DNA of 35,973 nt from a virus (lineage: Duplodnaviria > Caudoviricetes): positions 1 to 35,973 of the IMG/VR virus record IMGVR_UViG_3300037419_000651; one strand, 5' to 3'. Shown one piece after another: positions 1-9,263 of this stretch; positions within the stretch are counted from its first letter, which is position 1; each line of letters opens with the position of its first letter. A program made the position numbers and the translations under genes. The notes under the pieces are model-generated. The model saw nothing but the letters and a program-made list of their open reading frames with translations, was not told the origin of the DNA and searched no databases.

Positions 1-127
1 GTGAAGTTTCCGCCATTGACAATGGTTCTCATATTTCCAGTTGTCGGATCGGGGGTATAGGTTCCCGATGATTTCGTGCCATCGGCAACGGCTGTAGCGG
101 TAAAGCCGCCTGACAGGCTGTCACCTG
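1..127. repeat. Terminal overlap identical to 35847..35973 (circular contig)
   Basis: First 127 nt match the last 127 nt exactly; a reading frame continues across the junction. Confidence 0.97.
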
Positions 128-818
128 ACCGCAGCACCATTTCATTGACTGTGGCTGGTGTTAGAGCCTTAGTGTTGTCAGTACGAGCCTTTGCTTCGGC
201 TCTAGTGGCAATGCTGATCGTGCCTGATACTGTATTGGATGATACAGGCGGGGTAGTGTCCAATACGATGTTGAATGTGTCTGTTTGTGAATTATAGCGT
301 ACTTCATAAATCACATTGGCTTGGAAATCATTGGCAACCAAATCCAATGATCCATTTTTGACAATACGTTTGGCACCAAGGCCATTTACATTCAGCGTAG
401 TTTGCCCTGTGCCTGATGATGCAACGGATGTTTTGAAGGCAATCGGCATTCCATCAGCATATGCAGTGATTGCAGGAACTACAGAGACTGCATAGGCATT
501 AGCCGTGCCTGTGGTGATACCAAAGTTAAATGCGCCGTCCTGTACCTGTGATGTTAACGGCAACTGGCTTCTGGCGGATGCAGCGCCATGACCGGTTAAC
601 TTGTACCCGCCCATTGGCAGATTTGCAGTCGGTTGATTGTCACCATTCTTTTGCCATGCGCCATTAATCGCATTGGCTATATCTTGGTCATGGGTATCTT
701 GGTCCTTTGATAAAATACCAAGACCTAAGTTTTCAGCTTCTTGCCAAACTTCTGAACCTGTTCGATTGCCGTCTGTTCTAATAAACGTTTTGTTGGGGGC
801 TGTTCCCATTAGGGGCAT
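1..818 (-). CDS. Tail fibre protein, 5' part (continues across the origin to 35648; about 338 aa in total)
   Basis: Not in the ORF track. ATG at 818 (MPLMGTAPNKTFIRTDG...GTANAYAVSVVPAITAYADG) is in frame with ORF 35648..35878; G/T/A-rich fibre-like sequence. Confidence 0.8.
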   Translation of the reverse strand, partial: MPLMGTAPNKTFIRTDGNRTGSEVWQEAENLGLGILSKDQDTHDQDIANAINGAWQKNGDNQPTANLPMGGYKLTGHGAASARSQLPLTSQVQDGAFNFGITTGTANAYAVSVVPAITAYADGMPIAFKTSVASSGTGQTTLNVNGLGAKRIVKNGSLDLVANDFQANVIYEVRYNSQTDTFNIVLDTTPPVSSNTVSGTISIATRAEAKARTDNTKALTPATVNEMVLRSGDSLSGGFTATAVADGTKSSGTYTPDPTTGNMRTIVNGGNF

Positions 819-852
819 AGTGGAAAATACCTTATTATAGTTCTTGTATCTA

Positions 853-859
853 TATTTAG
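853..859 (-). promoter_or_regulatory. T4-type late promoter motif CTAAATA
   Basis: About 35 nt upstream of the tail fibre ATG at 818. Confidence 0.7.
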
Positions 860-890
860 GCGTTTTCGACTTTTGGATAAAAACAACAAT

Positions 891-927
891 AAAAAAGGGA
901 TGGCAAATTGGAGTTACCCGCCATCCC
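891..927 (-). terminator. Rho-independent terminator
   Basis: GGGATGGC/GCCATCCC stem followed by T6 on the minus strand, downstream of ORF 1015..1458. Confidence 0.75.
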
Positions 928-1014
928 AATGGGCCACTATAGAGACAACCAATAGATTGTCGTTCAGGCCGGGTTCACTATGGACTAGCTTTATCCATTG
1001 GTTCGCCGCTTTGT

Positions 1015-1458
1015 TTAGTCGTCAGATGACTCGTCACTGCCATTTTCCCGATTGTATATAGCCAGTTCATCATTAAGGGCAGTCGTATACATATTCACCA
1101 ATTCGGACTTGGTGTATACATCCCGGATGTCTCGACCTTTCAGAGTAGCTTTTATCTGTTCGTCAAACTTTTGTTGAACCGTTCTCTCGACTTTCGTGTG
1201 CAACAAATATTCTTCAAGCTTCATCTTTAGTATTTTCAAAATGAATGTATCGGAAATGTATGTGGCATCGAGTTTGCTGATGTTTAAACGACCTTGTATA
1301 AAATTAACATGGTCAATCCGCTCACAATCAAACAATTCGTGACAAATTGCCGAAATAAATTCGTCAACATTGTTTGGCTGATATGGGAACCTTTCTCCAA
1401 GCAAATTGAGTGCCTGATTGATAGATGCCTTATCAAGTACGTTTGTGCCTTCATTCAT
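1015..1458 (-). CDS. Hypothetical alpha-helical protein (possible regulator)
   Basis: ORF; ATG at 1458 preceded by an AAGGA RBS; has its own TTGACA upstream and a terminator downstream. Confidence 0.65.
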   Translation of the reverse strand: MNEGTNVLDKASINQALNLLGERFPYQPNNVDEFISAICHELFDCERIDHVNFIQGRLNISKLDATYISDTFILKILKMKLEEYLLHTKVERTVQQKFDEQIKATLKGRDIRDVYTKSELVNMYTTALNDELAIYNRENGSDESSDD

Positions 1459-1590
1459 TCTAAAATATCCTTTTCTCAAATGTTTGCCTTATCTCTGACC
1501 ATCAGTGACAAACATCGTCTGATGCATACTAGATCATCTGTCAAGCAAAATTTGCGTTCTATATAATGAAAATGTAGAATGCCTACCTGT

Positions 1591-1613
1591 TTCTACATTT
1601 TAATTTTGTAGAA
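1591..1613. promoter_or_regulatory. Operator-like palindrome TTCTACA-N9-TGTAGAA (copy 1)
   Basis: Same arms and spacing at 19768 and 27079; extra half-site at 1573..1579. Confidence 0.8.
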
Positions 1614-1625
1614 TGCGAGAATACC

Positions 1626-1654
1626 TTGACTTAATCCGGCCTGAACCCTATCTT
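1626..1654 (+). promoter_or_regulatory. Sigma70-type promoter TTGACT-N17-TATCTT
   Basis: Near-consensus -35/-10 with a 17-nt spacer. Confidence 0.65.
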
Positions 1655-1659
1655 GGAAT

Positions 1660-1797
1660 TATTGGAAGCAAGCCATACATGAGGAATGAACGCAGATAGA
1701 CCGATGCAGAAATAATACTCCGATGATGCTTTTTTCTGAACATCATCGGCAACTTGGCACTGGAATGATTCCACCCGTCATCCAGTGTCCTTTTTTT
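1660..1797 (+). ncRNA. Candidate small RNA (about 140 nt)
   Basis: Lies between the sigma70 promoter and a terminator; internal hairpin CCGATGATG/CATCATCGG; no sizeable ORF. Confidence 0.45.
1756..1797 (+). terminator. Rho-independent terminator
   Basis: CACTGGA/TCCAGTG stem followed by T7. Confidence 0.7.
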
Positions 1798-1804
1798 ATA
1801 AATA
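1797..1804 (+). promoter_or_regulatory. T4-type late promoter TATAAATA
   Basis: Exact T4 consensus upstream of ORF 1869. Confidence 0.7.
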
Positions 1805-1868
1805 TATAGAGAATAGAAACAAGAGTGATATTTTTATTATGAAGGGATATTAGGAATGCATAGAATTA

Positions 1869-2312
1869 ATGCCATACAAGGACAAGAACAATCCAAGAGC
1901 AAGATATTTTAATCATAAAGCCAGAGCCAAGCGTAGAGGGATTCCATTTCTTCTAACATTCGATGAATGGTGGAAGATTTGGCAGGATTCGGGGCATTGG
2001 GAAGAAAGAGGGATCAGAAAAGGCCAATATGTAATGTGTCGCAAGGGGCCAGATATCGGCGCATATGAAATCGGGAATATATTCATAGCTACCAATGCAA
2101 GAAATTTGCATGATGCAAATGTTGGAAGAAAGCAAGGTGAAAAATCGCCTGTGGCTAAACTGTCAAATGAAGACGTGATTGCGATAAAGAAAGAATTACA
2201 AAAACCATTTTGGGGTATTCAGACGAAATTGGCTCAAAAATATGGTGTTTCACCGGTGGCGATTTCAGATATTCGTTGTGGTAGGAAATGGACTCATTTG
2301 ACCGTTGACTAA
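1869..2312 (+). CDS. HNH-related endonuclease-like protein with C-terminal HTH DNA-binding tail
   Basis: AKRRGIPFLLTFDEW...YVMCR...GAYEIGNIFI core; AKLSNEDVIAIK...LAQKYGVS...W tail typical of phage homing endonucleases. Confidence 0.65.
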   Translation: MPYKDKNNPRARYFNHKARAKRRGIPFLLTFDEWWKIWQDSGHWEERGIRKGQYVMCRKGPDIGAYEIGNIFIATNARNLHDANVGRKQGEKSPVAKLSNEDVIAIKKELQKPFWGIQTKLAQKYGVSPVAISDIRCGRKWTHLTVD

Positions 2313-2326
2313 GGCAGGCGCATAAT
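2298..2326 (+). promoter_or_regulatory. Sigma70 promoter TTGACC-N17-CATAAT
   Basis: 5/6 match at both hexamers with optimal spacing. Confidence 0.7.
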
Positions 2327-2346
2327 CAGCATAGGGAGCATCAGTC

Positions 2347-2439
2347 ATGACCAACACGCAATTCATCTTCTGGTCAATCCAATGGTGGATAGGGTTCTAT
2401 ATAGCCTATAAGTTTTTCCAGTGGCTTATGGGTTTCTAA
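2347..2439 (+). CDS. 30-aa aromatic-rich membrane peptide
   Basis: MTNTQFIFWSIQWWIGFYIAYKFFQWLMGF; GGGAG RBS and its own promoter; below the ORF-track cutoff. Confidence 0.6.
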   Translation: MTNTQFIFWSIQWWIGFYIAYKFFQWLMGF

Positions 2440-4057
2440 GACCCTGTGTCGCATTGGACGTGGCTAATAGCGCATCCAACAGTTTAGAGCGGGCAGGGCT
2501 TCTAGTGACCGCTTGAGGCACCGCCTGACCATTGTTCAACATTGCCTGTAACAGCTTGTCCAGATTGGATTGCTGCATTCCCTCTGCCGCCCTTCTGGCA
2601 ACATGACCAGTTACAGCCGCCCCAAAGCCCAATCCACCACCAATGACAGGGGCAGCAGGACCAAACATCAACGATGCCATGGTGCCAGCACCGATACCGG
2701 GCACCATGCCCCTATAGAACGTTCCGGCGATGGACGGCGGTCCCATCTTGCCTAGCTTGCGATAAGCGTTTTCCTTGGGTGTGCCTCTGACCAGATCGTC
2801 AATCGCCTGCTTTTCATCTGGTGAAAATAGCTTGGCAATATCAGGGTCATTCCTGAATTTATTTTTCAGGGCTTTGAATTCCTGTCTGATAGCAGTTTGG
2901 TGGCCTGCCTCTGTATAATTTGCCTGTAGACGGTCCCTTGCACGTTCCACCAAGTCATCAACAATCTTGGTCTTGTCGGCCAGAACCGATGAATCACGAT
3001 ATAATTTTCTGGCATCTAATAGAGCATCAACAGCTTCTTGTGATGGTCCTTTGGCAGAAGCAATATCCATTGGTGAAAGATTGGAGATATAATCATCCAA
3101 ACCATCTACTAACATTTTAGAATAGCGAATCTCTTTATCTGATGCATTCTTTGGAAGGTCACGCAAAGTCTGCCTGATGTTATCAAGACCTTTTAATGTG
3201 ACTGGTCCTTTTGCAACATCATCCAGCGCATTCAGTTTTGAATTTATGTTTGGAAAATTAGCGGCAAAAATTTTATTGTTTGTGCCTAATCCGGTATCAT
3301 CAATAATTTTATTTCGAATTGCCCCAAAAGCAGTTTGCATCGAATCCGGCTTAACCGTGATTCCCGCATTATCTGCTTTCTGGTAGGCGGCTTTAGCTGC
3401 CTGTTTGATATCAGCCGATTTGGCTTTCAGATCATCGAACATTTGAGCCTTGATATCTGGTGCTTTAGTGCGCCGTGCAAAGGCACCAGCGCCACCGCCT
3501 ACCAAGGCACCAGATAGACGTGCGAAAGGCTCAAGGGCGGTTCCCTCTGTGGCTTGGCCGAGTGACTCACTAGCAGCACCGGGCAGTGCCACATCGGCTA
3601 CAGCACGTTTGGCCAGTTCTTTGGCTGCACCTTTCACACCAGCGCCAACTAGGCCGCTAGTGCCACCTGTCAAAAGACCGGGCGCAAAGGATGCGATAGT
3701 ATCCGCATACTCGCCCGCCGTGGTCTGTGGTTCATAAAGTGGTCCTGTGTAGCTTTCCAGTTTCTTTTGCAGGAAATCGGATGTTGGAAAACCCGGTAGA
3801 TAACTTTGCTGTCTCTCATTGCCTGTGAGTTTGTCATAGCCATGGACGAGCAAATTTTCTGCATCGCCTAACAGACCTAATGTGTTTATCCCGCCTTTGA
3901 CCAAACCAACACCAGCGCTCTTAGCAATGTCCATTGCCGTTGACGACTGTTCAGCTTGAACCTGTGGCTGTTCCTGTGGTGCAGCCGGTTTATCGAACTT
4001 GTCAAAAAAATTATTTTTTTTAGGTTGGGTGTCGAATTTATCGAAAAAATTTGCCAA
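2426..4057 (-). CDS. Internal virion / DNA ejection protein
   Basis: 543 aa, A/G-rich helical, N-terminal NFFDKFD repeat, last gene of the virion operon; TTG start. Confidence 0.7.
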   Translation of the reverse strand: MANFFDKFDTQPKKNNFFDKFDKPAAPQEQPQVQAEQSSTAMDIAKSAGVGLVKGGINTLGLLGDAENLLVHGYDKLTGNERQQSYLPGFPTSDFLQKKLESYTGPLYEPQTTAGEYADTIASFAPGLLTGGTSGLVGAGVKGAAKELAKRAVADVALPGAASESLGQATEGTALEPFARLSGALVGGGAGAFARRTKAPDIKAQMFDDLKAKSADIKQAAKAAYQKADNAGITVKPDSMQTAFGAIRNKIIDDTGLGTNNKIFAANFPNINSKLNALDDVAKGPVTLKGLDNIRQTLRDLPKNASDKEIRYSKMLVDGLDDYISNLSPMDIASAKGPSQEAVDALLDARKLYRDSSVLADKTKIVDDLVERARDRLQANYTEAGHQTAIRQEFKALKNKFRNDPDIAKLFSPDEKQAIDDLVRGTPKENAYRKLGKMGPPSIAGTFYRGMVPGIGAGTMASLMFGPAAPVIGGGLGFGAAVTGHVARRAAEGMQQSNLDKLLQAMLNNGQAVPQAVTRSPARSKLLDALLATSNATQGLRNP

Positions 4058-4058
4058 A

Positions 4059-5156
4059 TTAATTTCCTAAGATTTTCTTCGATGCACCAGCACCGAATTT
4101 TTGGTCAAACTGGTCAGATAGTGAAGGGTTGGCTTTCAATGCATCGATTGCAGCCTGTGGAACACTGCCTAGGTCAACAGCGCCAGTTTTTGCCGCCGCT
4201 CTTTCTTGGTCCCATTTATCAGCCGCTTCTCGTGCTGTTCCAAGGCCATCACGCAAGCTTTCAATAATGTTGGTTCTCATGTTTCTGGCCTGTTCAATCT
4301 TTTCTGTCGAACTTCCCGGCGCTGGCAGAAGCATCTTAGTGACATTATCAACTTCATCTTTCGTGGCCGCCGCACCTGTCGTGATACGAATGTAGATATC
4401 TGCCAGTTGTCGTGCTGATTGCTCTGCTAACTGATACTGACTTGATTTCATGAATTCCCCAAGCACTGGAACATTGCCAGCAATATTTTCGGGCAACGAT
4501 GTTAGAGCCTGATCGTATTCATTCAGCACTTCATTAGCTGGAACACCCAATTTGTAGAACATCAGGTTCTTAGATTGCCATTGTTCCTTAACGCCATCGC
4601 CAATGCTGATATTCTGACCGCCAGATTTTTTCCAATCTTCAATGGAACCTGTAAAACCATGGGCCTTTGCATACTCGTAATCTTTTTGGAATGCTGTCTG
4701 ATCTTCCGGTATGACTCTTTTCCATGAACCATCCGGCATCTTTTGATGCCCGTTCACAATTTGTGGTTCTTTTGTAATCTGTTCAACAGCGCTCTTGAAT
4801 GTTTCTGAATCAGCCGAATATGCTGCCGCATTTTCAGGGCTTACACCAAGCTTCACAAGATAGTTTGTTCGGGCTTGCAGAAGCTGTTCACGTTGGGCTT
4901 GTTCATTAGCCTTCTCGCCCTTAATCAGAGCCATTTTTTCACGATCTTGCTTGACCGCATTATAATTTTGAATGGCTGATAACAGTGCAGCCCCAAAACC
5001 ACCGTTAGGAGCATCAGCCCTTACAGCGCCAGCCGATGAAAAGCCGCCAGCCTGTGCAGTTCCACCAACATTAGGTGCTGCTAATACTTCTGCCAATCGC
5101 TGTCTTGGACTATCTGTGCGGCTATCAAAAAAATATGATGGATAATTTGTGGCCAA
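4059..5156 (-). CDS. Internal virion / DNA ejection protein
   Basis: 365 aa, A/Q-rich; C-terminal AIDALKANPSLSDQFDQKFG motif; synteny. Confidence 0.65.
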   Translation of the reverse strand: MATNYPSYFFDSRTDSPRQRLAEVLAAPNVGGTAQAGGFSSAGAVRADAPNGGFGAALLSAIQNYNAVKQDREKMALIKGEKANEQAQREQLLQARTNYLVKLGVSPENAAAYSADSETFKSAVEQITKEPQIVNGHQKMPDGSWKRVIPEDQTAFQKDYEYAKAHGFTGSIEDWKKSGGQNISIGDGVKEQWQSKNLMFYKLGVPANEVLNEYDQALTSLPENIAGNVPVLGEFMKSSQYQLAEQSARQLADIYIRITTGAAATKDEVDNVTKMLLPAPGSSTEKIEQARNMRTNIIESLRDGLGTAREAADKWDQERAAAKTGAVDLGSVPQAAIDALKANPSLSDQFDQKFGAGASKKILGN

Positions 5157-5157
5157 T

Positions 5158-5439
5158 TTATTCTTCCTTGGGGTCTATATCTGTATTTATATTATCCGGC
5201 GTTGCATCATTATTCCTAGCGATTGCGTTCATAAAATTGCGGTCATCAAAGACAGCACCAAAAATATATGTTCCTATTAGTGAAACTCCGCCAGCTATCA
5301 GGGCAATGGACACTTGCTGAAACAGAACTGTATCCGAATTAGAAAAAATTATGTATGACAACCAAACGAAAATTACGATTAAACATAGGTCAAGCCGGAA
5401 TCTTCTTCTTTTCCATTCCGATTTTGGAATTTGTCTCAT
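5158..5439 (-). CDS. Putative holin (2 TM)
   Basis: Basic N-terminus, two hydrophobic segments, YIFGAVFDD motif, acidic tail. Confidence 0.6.
   Translation of the reverse strand: MRQIPKSEWKRRRFRLDLCLIVIFVWLSYIIFSNSDTVLFQQVSIALIAGGVSLIGTYIFGAVFDDRNFMNAIARNNDATPDNINTDIDPKEE
5184..5191 (-). promoter_or_regulatory. T4-type late promoter TATAAATA
   Basis: Embedded in the holin 3' end, about 28 nt upstream of the start at 5156. Confidence 0.65.
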
Positions 5440-5672
5440 TTACCGAATATTGCTTTAGCCAGACTCTGTAATGTGATGCTTGGTGGAGTTGCGTTATTTT
5501 TTGCTTCCATCGCTTTTTGATAGTTGTCAAACATGGATTGGATGCCTTGACTGATGCCGTCACTTTTCTGTGCAACAATATCTGGCACACCCATTGTTTG
5601 GGCCGCTGGTGCTTGCATCACATTTGGCGCTTGTAATGCCATTGCCAATTTTCTTAATTTGTCTTCATCCAT
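5436..5672 (-). CDS. Small hypothetical protein, possibly virion-associated
   Basis: 78-aa ORF tightly coupled to its neighbours. Confidence 0.6.
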   Translation of the reverse strand: MDEDKLRKLAMALQAPNVMQAPAAQTMGVPDIVAQKSDGISQGIQSMFDNYQKAMEAKNNATPPSITLQSLAKAIFGK

Positions 5673-5674
5673 GT

Positions 5675-7621
5675 CTATTGTCCAAAAAGTGAATTTAATA
5701 AATTTGTGAAACTAAAGCCGGTGGTTGGTGCAGGCAGTAGCGAACCGGCTCTAATGCGATTCTTGTTTGTAAAATCTCTAAGCTGATCTTGCTGTTGCAA
5801 TCTGTGCATATTCTTGGCCAAAATTTCATCGGCATAATATGGTGGAGCAACTTCCTGTGTTGGGTATTTTGCATCTGAACCAATACCACCACCGGCTAAT
5901 GCAGCAGCTAGTTTTGATTGCGCTGGTGTTTCTGGTGTTTCTGTCAATGGATATTTTGCATCAGAGCCAATGCCTAAACTGGTCACTGGTTTGGGTCTTT
6001 CAGATGGAACATCGACTGAAACAGGCAATAGGGCATAAGCCAGCTTTTCAGCCGGATTGGATGGAATTGGCTTAGACTGAATAGGCTGAACTGGTGCTGG
6101 CTTGCTGACAGGTGCTGGTGCATCTGGTTTGAATATATTTTCAATTGGAGAAAAAATATTTTTTATTCCCGTTGAAATGCCATCGCCAATATCCGAAACC
6201 ACGCCAGCAAAATTGGTGATCGGATTTTTGGTCTTATCCGCAATTGTCCATTGTGGTCTTAGAATGCCATCGTCTTGTTCTCTTGGAGAATGTTTTCTAT
6301 TGATTGGTCTAAGTTGGGAAATTGCATATTCCGTGTTTGGCCCAAATTTTCCATCCACGGTCAATGAATTGCCGTCCAATCCACGAGCGCCCAGATTATT
6401 AAGCGCTGCCTGTACAGCGGCAATTTCTTTATCAGATGAACCGGCTGATAGCGTTGGCGCTTTGTTCAGGGCTGCATCTCTAGCAGTCATGGTTCTGGGA
6501 CCGTCGATGCCATCAACCTTTAATGGGGAACCCCATAGGTCTTTGATGCCTGCATCGTTGAACGCAAGCTGCATGGCAGAAGGATCAAGGCTAGGGTTAG
6601 CCGTAGGAGTGCCTAGCACCGTTGTGCGGGCAGGGCGGATAGCCGAGTAGTCGCCGCCTAGAAATTGGTTGGTTGTCTGTAGTCGGGCTTGTTCTTCGGC
6701 ATCGCCGCCGCCGTAGCGCTCAAAGCGCCGCATACCAGCATTGGCACTGGCGGCATCCGTTGCATTGCGTAGAGCGTCACCAGCGGCCTTTTCTGTGGTA
6801 TTCAGTTCGTGGTTGAAAAATCCTACCTGTGCTTCCACGGATGCCGGATCGAGTCCTTGGGCCTTAGCCCATGCCCGCATGGCGTCCTGCCGGTCGCCGT
6901 TCCACTGGAACAAGCCATAGGAGCGTTCACCGGCATTATTGGTAGCGTTTGGATTGAAGCCGGATTCTCGGCTCATATTGGCAAGAATTGCTGCCTTGGC
7001 GTGTTCTGACCATCCTTGCTGGTCTAGCAGCGAATTGACCTGATCAAAGACACTCTGTTGGGTCTTATTCAAGCCAGAAGGCGTGATTGAACTGCCTGAT
7101 GGATTATCGAGTAAGCCAACGGATTCACCGGCTGATTGGGCTGCATTTTTGGTTATGCCCCATGCCTTGGCCCATTGGTCACTTAGACCATTTTCCCAAC
7201 TGCCTGCTTTCATTCCGAGTGCCGAACCGGCCAAATCAAAGTGCATTAAATCCATTGCACCATATTTGCCGCCTTTGCCGATGGAGCCGGAAAAATATCC
7301 GCCCCAACGCAAATCTTTGGCTAGATCGGGATATAGCTGTTGCTGGATGGAGCGCACATGATTTGCAAATTTTTGATAAATTCCAAAATTTTTTGAATCT
7401 TGGTAATCAGGAATTTCCTTACCGTCTTTGCCAATCAAAGTGATATCGACGGCATTGCCCTTGCCGTGCTGGCGTTTGTCGCCAACTCGTTTGCCTGATT
7501 TTATGTTGACTTTTGAAATGGATGGATCGTCATATGATACGATTGCCAACTGCATCAAATCTGCAAGTCTTGGATCGACTCCACTAAACGATTTACCGGG
7601 ATTGTAACCTAACTCTGCCAA
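5675..7621 (-). CDS. Multidomain peptidoglycan hydrolase (M15-like peptidase + phage tail lysozyme + PG-binding repeats)
   Basis: SGKR...HGKGNAVDI...DLMHF; ANMSRESGFNPNA...GLFQWNGDR; VDGIDGPRT and VDGKFGPNT motifs. Confidence 0.75.
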   Translation of the reverse strand: MAELGYNPGKSFSGVDPRLADLMQLAIVSYDDPSISKVNIKSGKRVGDKRQHGKGNAVDITLIGKDGKEIPDYQDSKNFGIYQKFANHVRSIQQQLYPDLAKDLRWGGYFSGSIGKGGKYGAMDLMHFDLAGSALGMKAGSWENGLSDQWAKAWGITKNAAQSAGESVGLLDNPSGSSITPSGLNKTQQSVFDQVNSLLDQQGWSEHAKAAILANMSRESGFNPNATNNAGERSYGLFQWNGDRQDAMRAWAKAQGLDPASVEAQVGFFNHELNTTEKAAGDALRNATDAASANAGMRRFERYGGGDAEEQARLQTTNQFLGGDYSAIRPARTTVLGTPTANPSLDPSAMQLAFNDAGIKDLWGSPLKVDGIDGPRTMTARDAALNKAPTLSAGSSDKEIAAVQAALNNLGARGLDGNSLTVDGKFGPNTEYAISQLRPINRKHSPREQDDGILRPQWTIADKTKNPITNFAGVVSDIGDGISTGIKNIFSPIENIFKPDAPAPVSKPAPVQPIQSKPIPSNPAEKLAYALLPVSVDVPSERPKPVTSLGIGSDAKYPLTETPETPAQSKLAAALAGGGIGSDAKYPTQEVAPPYYADEILAKNMHRLQQQDQLRDFTNKNRIRAGSLLPAPTTGFSFTNLLNSLFGQ

Positions 7622-7642
7622 ATTTCTGAAAACTCCAAAATT

Positions 7643-8722
7643 TTATTTTTTTTCAGGTTTTGGTTTCAGGTTTTCGGTTCTCTTATCAAGAGCCTTAACA
7701 GCAGCCATTGTATTGCCAAGCATGGAGACAACATCAATTGTTTCGCCATCGCCACCAAACTGTTTGGCCCAATCTTCGGCCATCGGTCCAGTACGTTCCT
7801 CTGGAACATTGAATAGAGCCTGTGCCAGAGACTTATATTTGTAGTCAGAGATTGGCAATTTCTCCATTCTTTTGAGAACGGATTCGCCTTCCACCGGGCG
7901 AAAATCTTCTTTATATTTCTTCGAGGATTTAGCTGCTAACGTAGCGCCAGCACCCAATATTCCAGCCATGCCTTGATTCTGTGCATTGTAGGCGTTGACT
8001 TGGGCATTATAGGAATTCCAATAGTTTCCGCTTACATCGGTGTTAGCGATGGCTGATGGTATCTGATTGGCAAAGCCGGGTTGCTGTACGCCGGGGGTTG
8101 CACCCTGAAACAGATTCATTTCGTCAAAGGGTAGGCGTCTTTCCTGTAGCTTGTTAGCCAAAAGGCGCTGGAACTCATTCCCGGCTGCTAGATCGGCATC
8201 CTGTGCCATACCTGTTACAGTTTCATTCTTGGCTTTTTCAAAGCGATTCATCTCATTATTGTAAATTTCCGAACCAATCGGAATGCCACGTTCTGATAAG
8301 GTTGCCTGTAGCTTTTTCTGTGCATCGTCAAATTCAGATTGCCGCAAGCCCATCTGCCTATCAAACATGGTCTTAGAAATGGCTGATGTATCAGGAATTT
8401 CGTCCAGCGAAAAACTTTCAGTTGGGAACTTGGCAAGCTGGTCAAGCTGGTGATTGGCCATCCCATTAGAGACGGCCAATTGCCGGGTTATAAAATCCTG
8501 TACTTCTGGACTGAATGTCAGTGTCTGACCTGTAGGCACAAGATCGGATTTGCCTACATTTCGAGGGTCATTCGGATCAAACAAGAATGTAGAGGAACCA
8601 AATGGCGAAAACAAATTGTATGCATTTAATCGAGCATTTTCACGGCCCGTAGCAATGTTAGATTTTGTCTGTTCGGCAGACACTTTCACCGGATCGGGAG
8701 CGGAAGGAGCGGAACCACCCAT
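7643..8722 (-). CDS. Virion/ejection protein with C-terminal S74-like intramolecular chaperone domain
   Basis: MGGSAPSAPDP start; KSSKKYKEDF...LPISDYKYK...GPMAEDW...coiled coil. Confidence 0.65.
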   Translation of the reverse strand: MGGSAPSAPDPVKVSAEQTKSNIATGRENARLNAYNLFSPFGSSTFLFDPNDPRNVGKSDLVPTGQTLTFSPEVQDFITRQLAVSNGMANHQLDQLAKFPTESFSLDEIPDTSAISKTMFDRQMGLRQSEFDDAQKKLQATLSERGIPIGSEIYNNEMNRFEKAKNETVTGMAQDADLAAGNEFQRLLANKLQERRLPFDEMNLFQGATPGVQQPGFANQIPSAIANTDVSGNYWNSYNAQVNAYNAQNQGMAGILGAGATLAAKSSKKYKEDFRPVEGESVLKRMEKLPISDYKYKSLAQALFNVPEERTGPMAEDWAKQFGGDGETIDVVSMLGNTMAAVKALDKRTENLKPKPEKK

Positions 8723-8749
8723 TTAGTACCTCGTTATATTATTATCGTA

Positions 8750-8756
8750 TATTTAT
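8750..8756 (-). promoter_or_regulatory. T4-type late promoter motif ATAAATA
   Basis: About 28 nt upstream of the ATG at 8722. Confidence 0.6.
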
Positions 8757-9232
8757 TTATGTTTTTTGTTCGGTCCACGTGGCCTAGCAGGCTGTAACAG
8801 CTTGTCTTTTGGCCAGCCTTTTTTCAGTCGGCTTAATAGCGTAGCCGGTATCAATCCATTATCATTGGCAACATCAGCGTAATGGCGGCGCTTACCGTCA
8901 ATGTACATATAGATTGACGTGCGTCTGTTTCTCTGACTTTCCAGCCATGTCACCCAAGCGCAATTTTCCGGCGAATAGCCTTGGTCATTGTTAAGCCGGT
9001 CTAAGACATATCCATCTGGTCTTGGTCCCATGTCGGCAAAAAAATTATCTCTGCCATCTTTCCCACGCCAACGGTCACAAACTGTAATTCCACGGCCACC
9101 ATAATGGCCAAAAAATTTATGATTTGGATTAAGGCATCGTGCCATCATATTGTAATAGACCTGCCGCAATGTAAGCCAATCTCTGTTTTCAGCGTAATAA
9201 TGCTTTGAATATTCTTCTCTTGAATGCTTCAT
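8753..9232 (-). CDS. HNH-family homing endonuclease-like protein
   Basis: MMARC...YGGRGITVCDRW...FFADMGPRP...LDRLNNDQGYSPENCAW motifs. Confidence 0.8.
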   Translation of the reverse strand: MKHSREEYSKHYYAENRDWLTLRQVYYNMMARCLNPNHKFFGHYGGRGITVCDRWRGKDGRDNFFADMGPRPDGYVLDRLNNDQGYSPENCAWVTWLESQRNRRTSIYMYIDGKRRHYADVANDNGLIPATLLSRLKKGWPKDKLLQPARPRGPNKKHK

Positions 9233-9263
9233 TTTAAATCTCCTTTTTATATGAAGTTATATA

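Noticed and set aside
928-1014. Short hairpins in the 3' UTR of orf1015..1458 as a separate ncRNA
   Set aside because: The stems are short and no dedicated promoter was found
1491-1532. Partial similarity (GTATGCATC...TTTGTCACTG) to 24993..25021
   Set aside because: Two short blocks with different spacing; too weak to interpret
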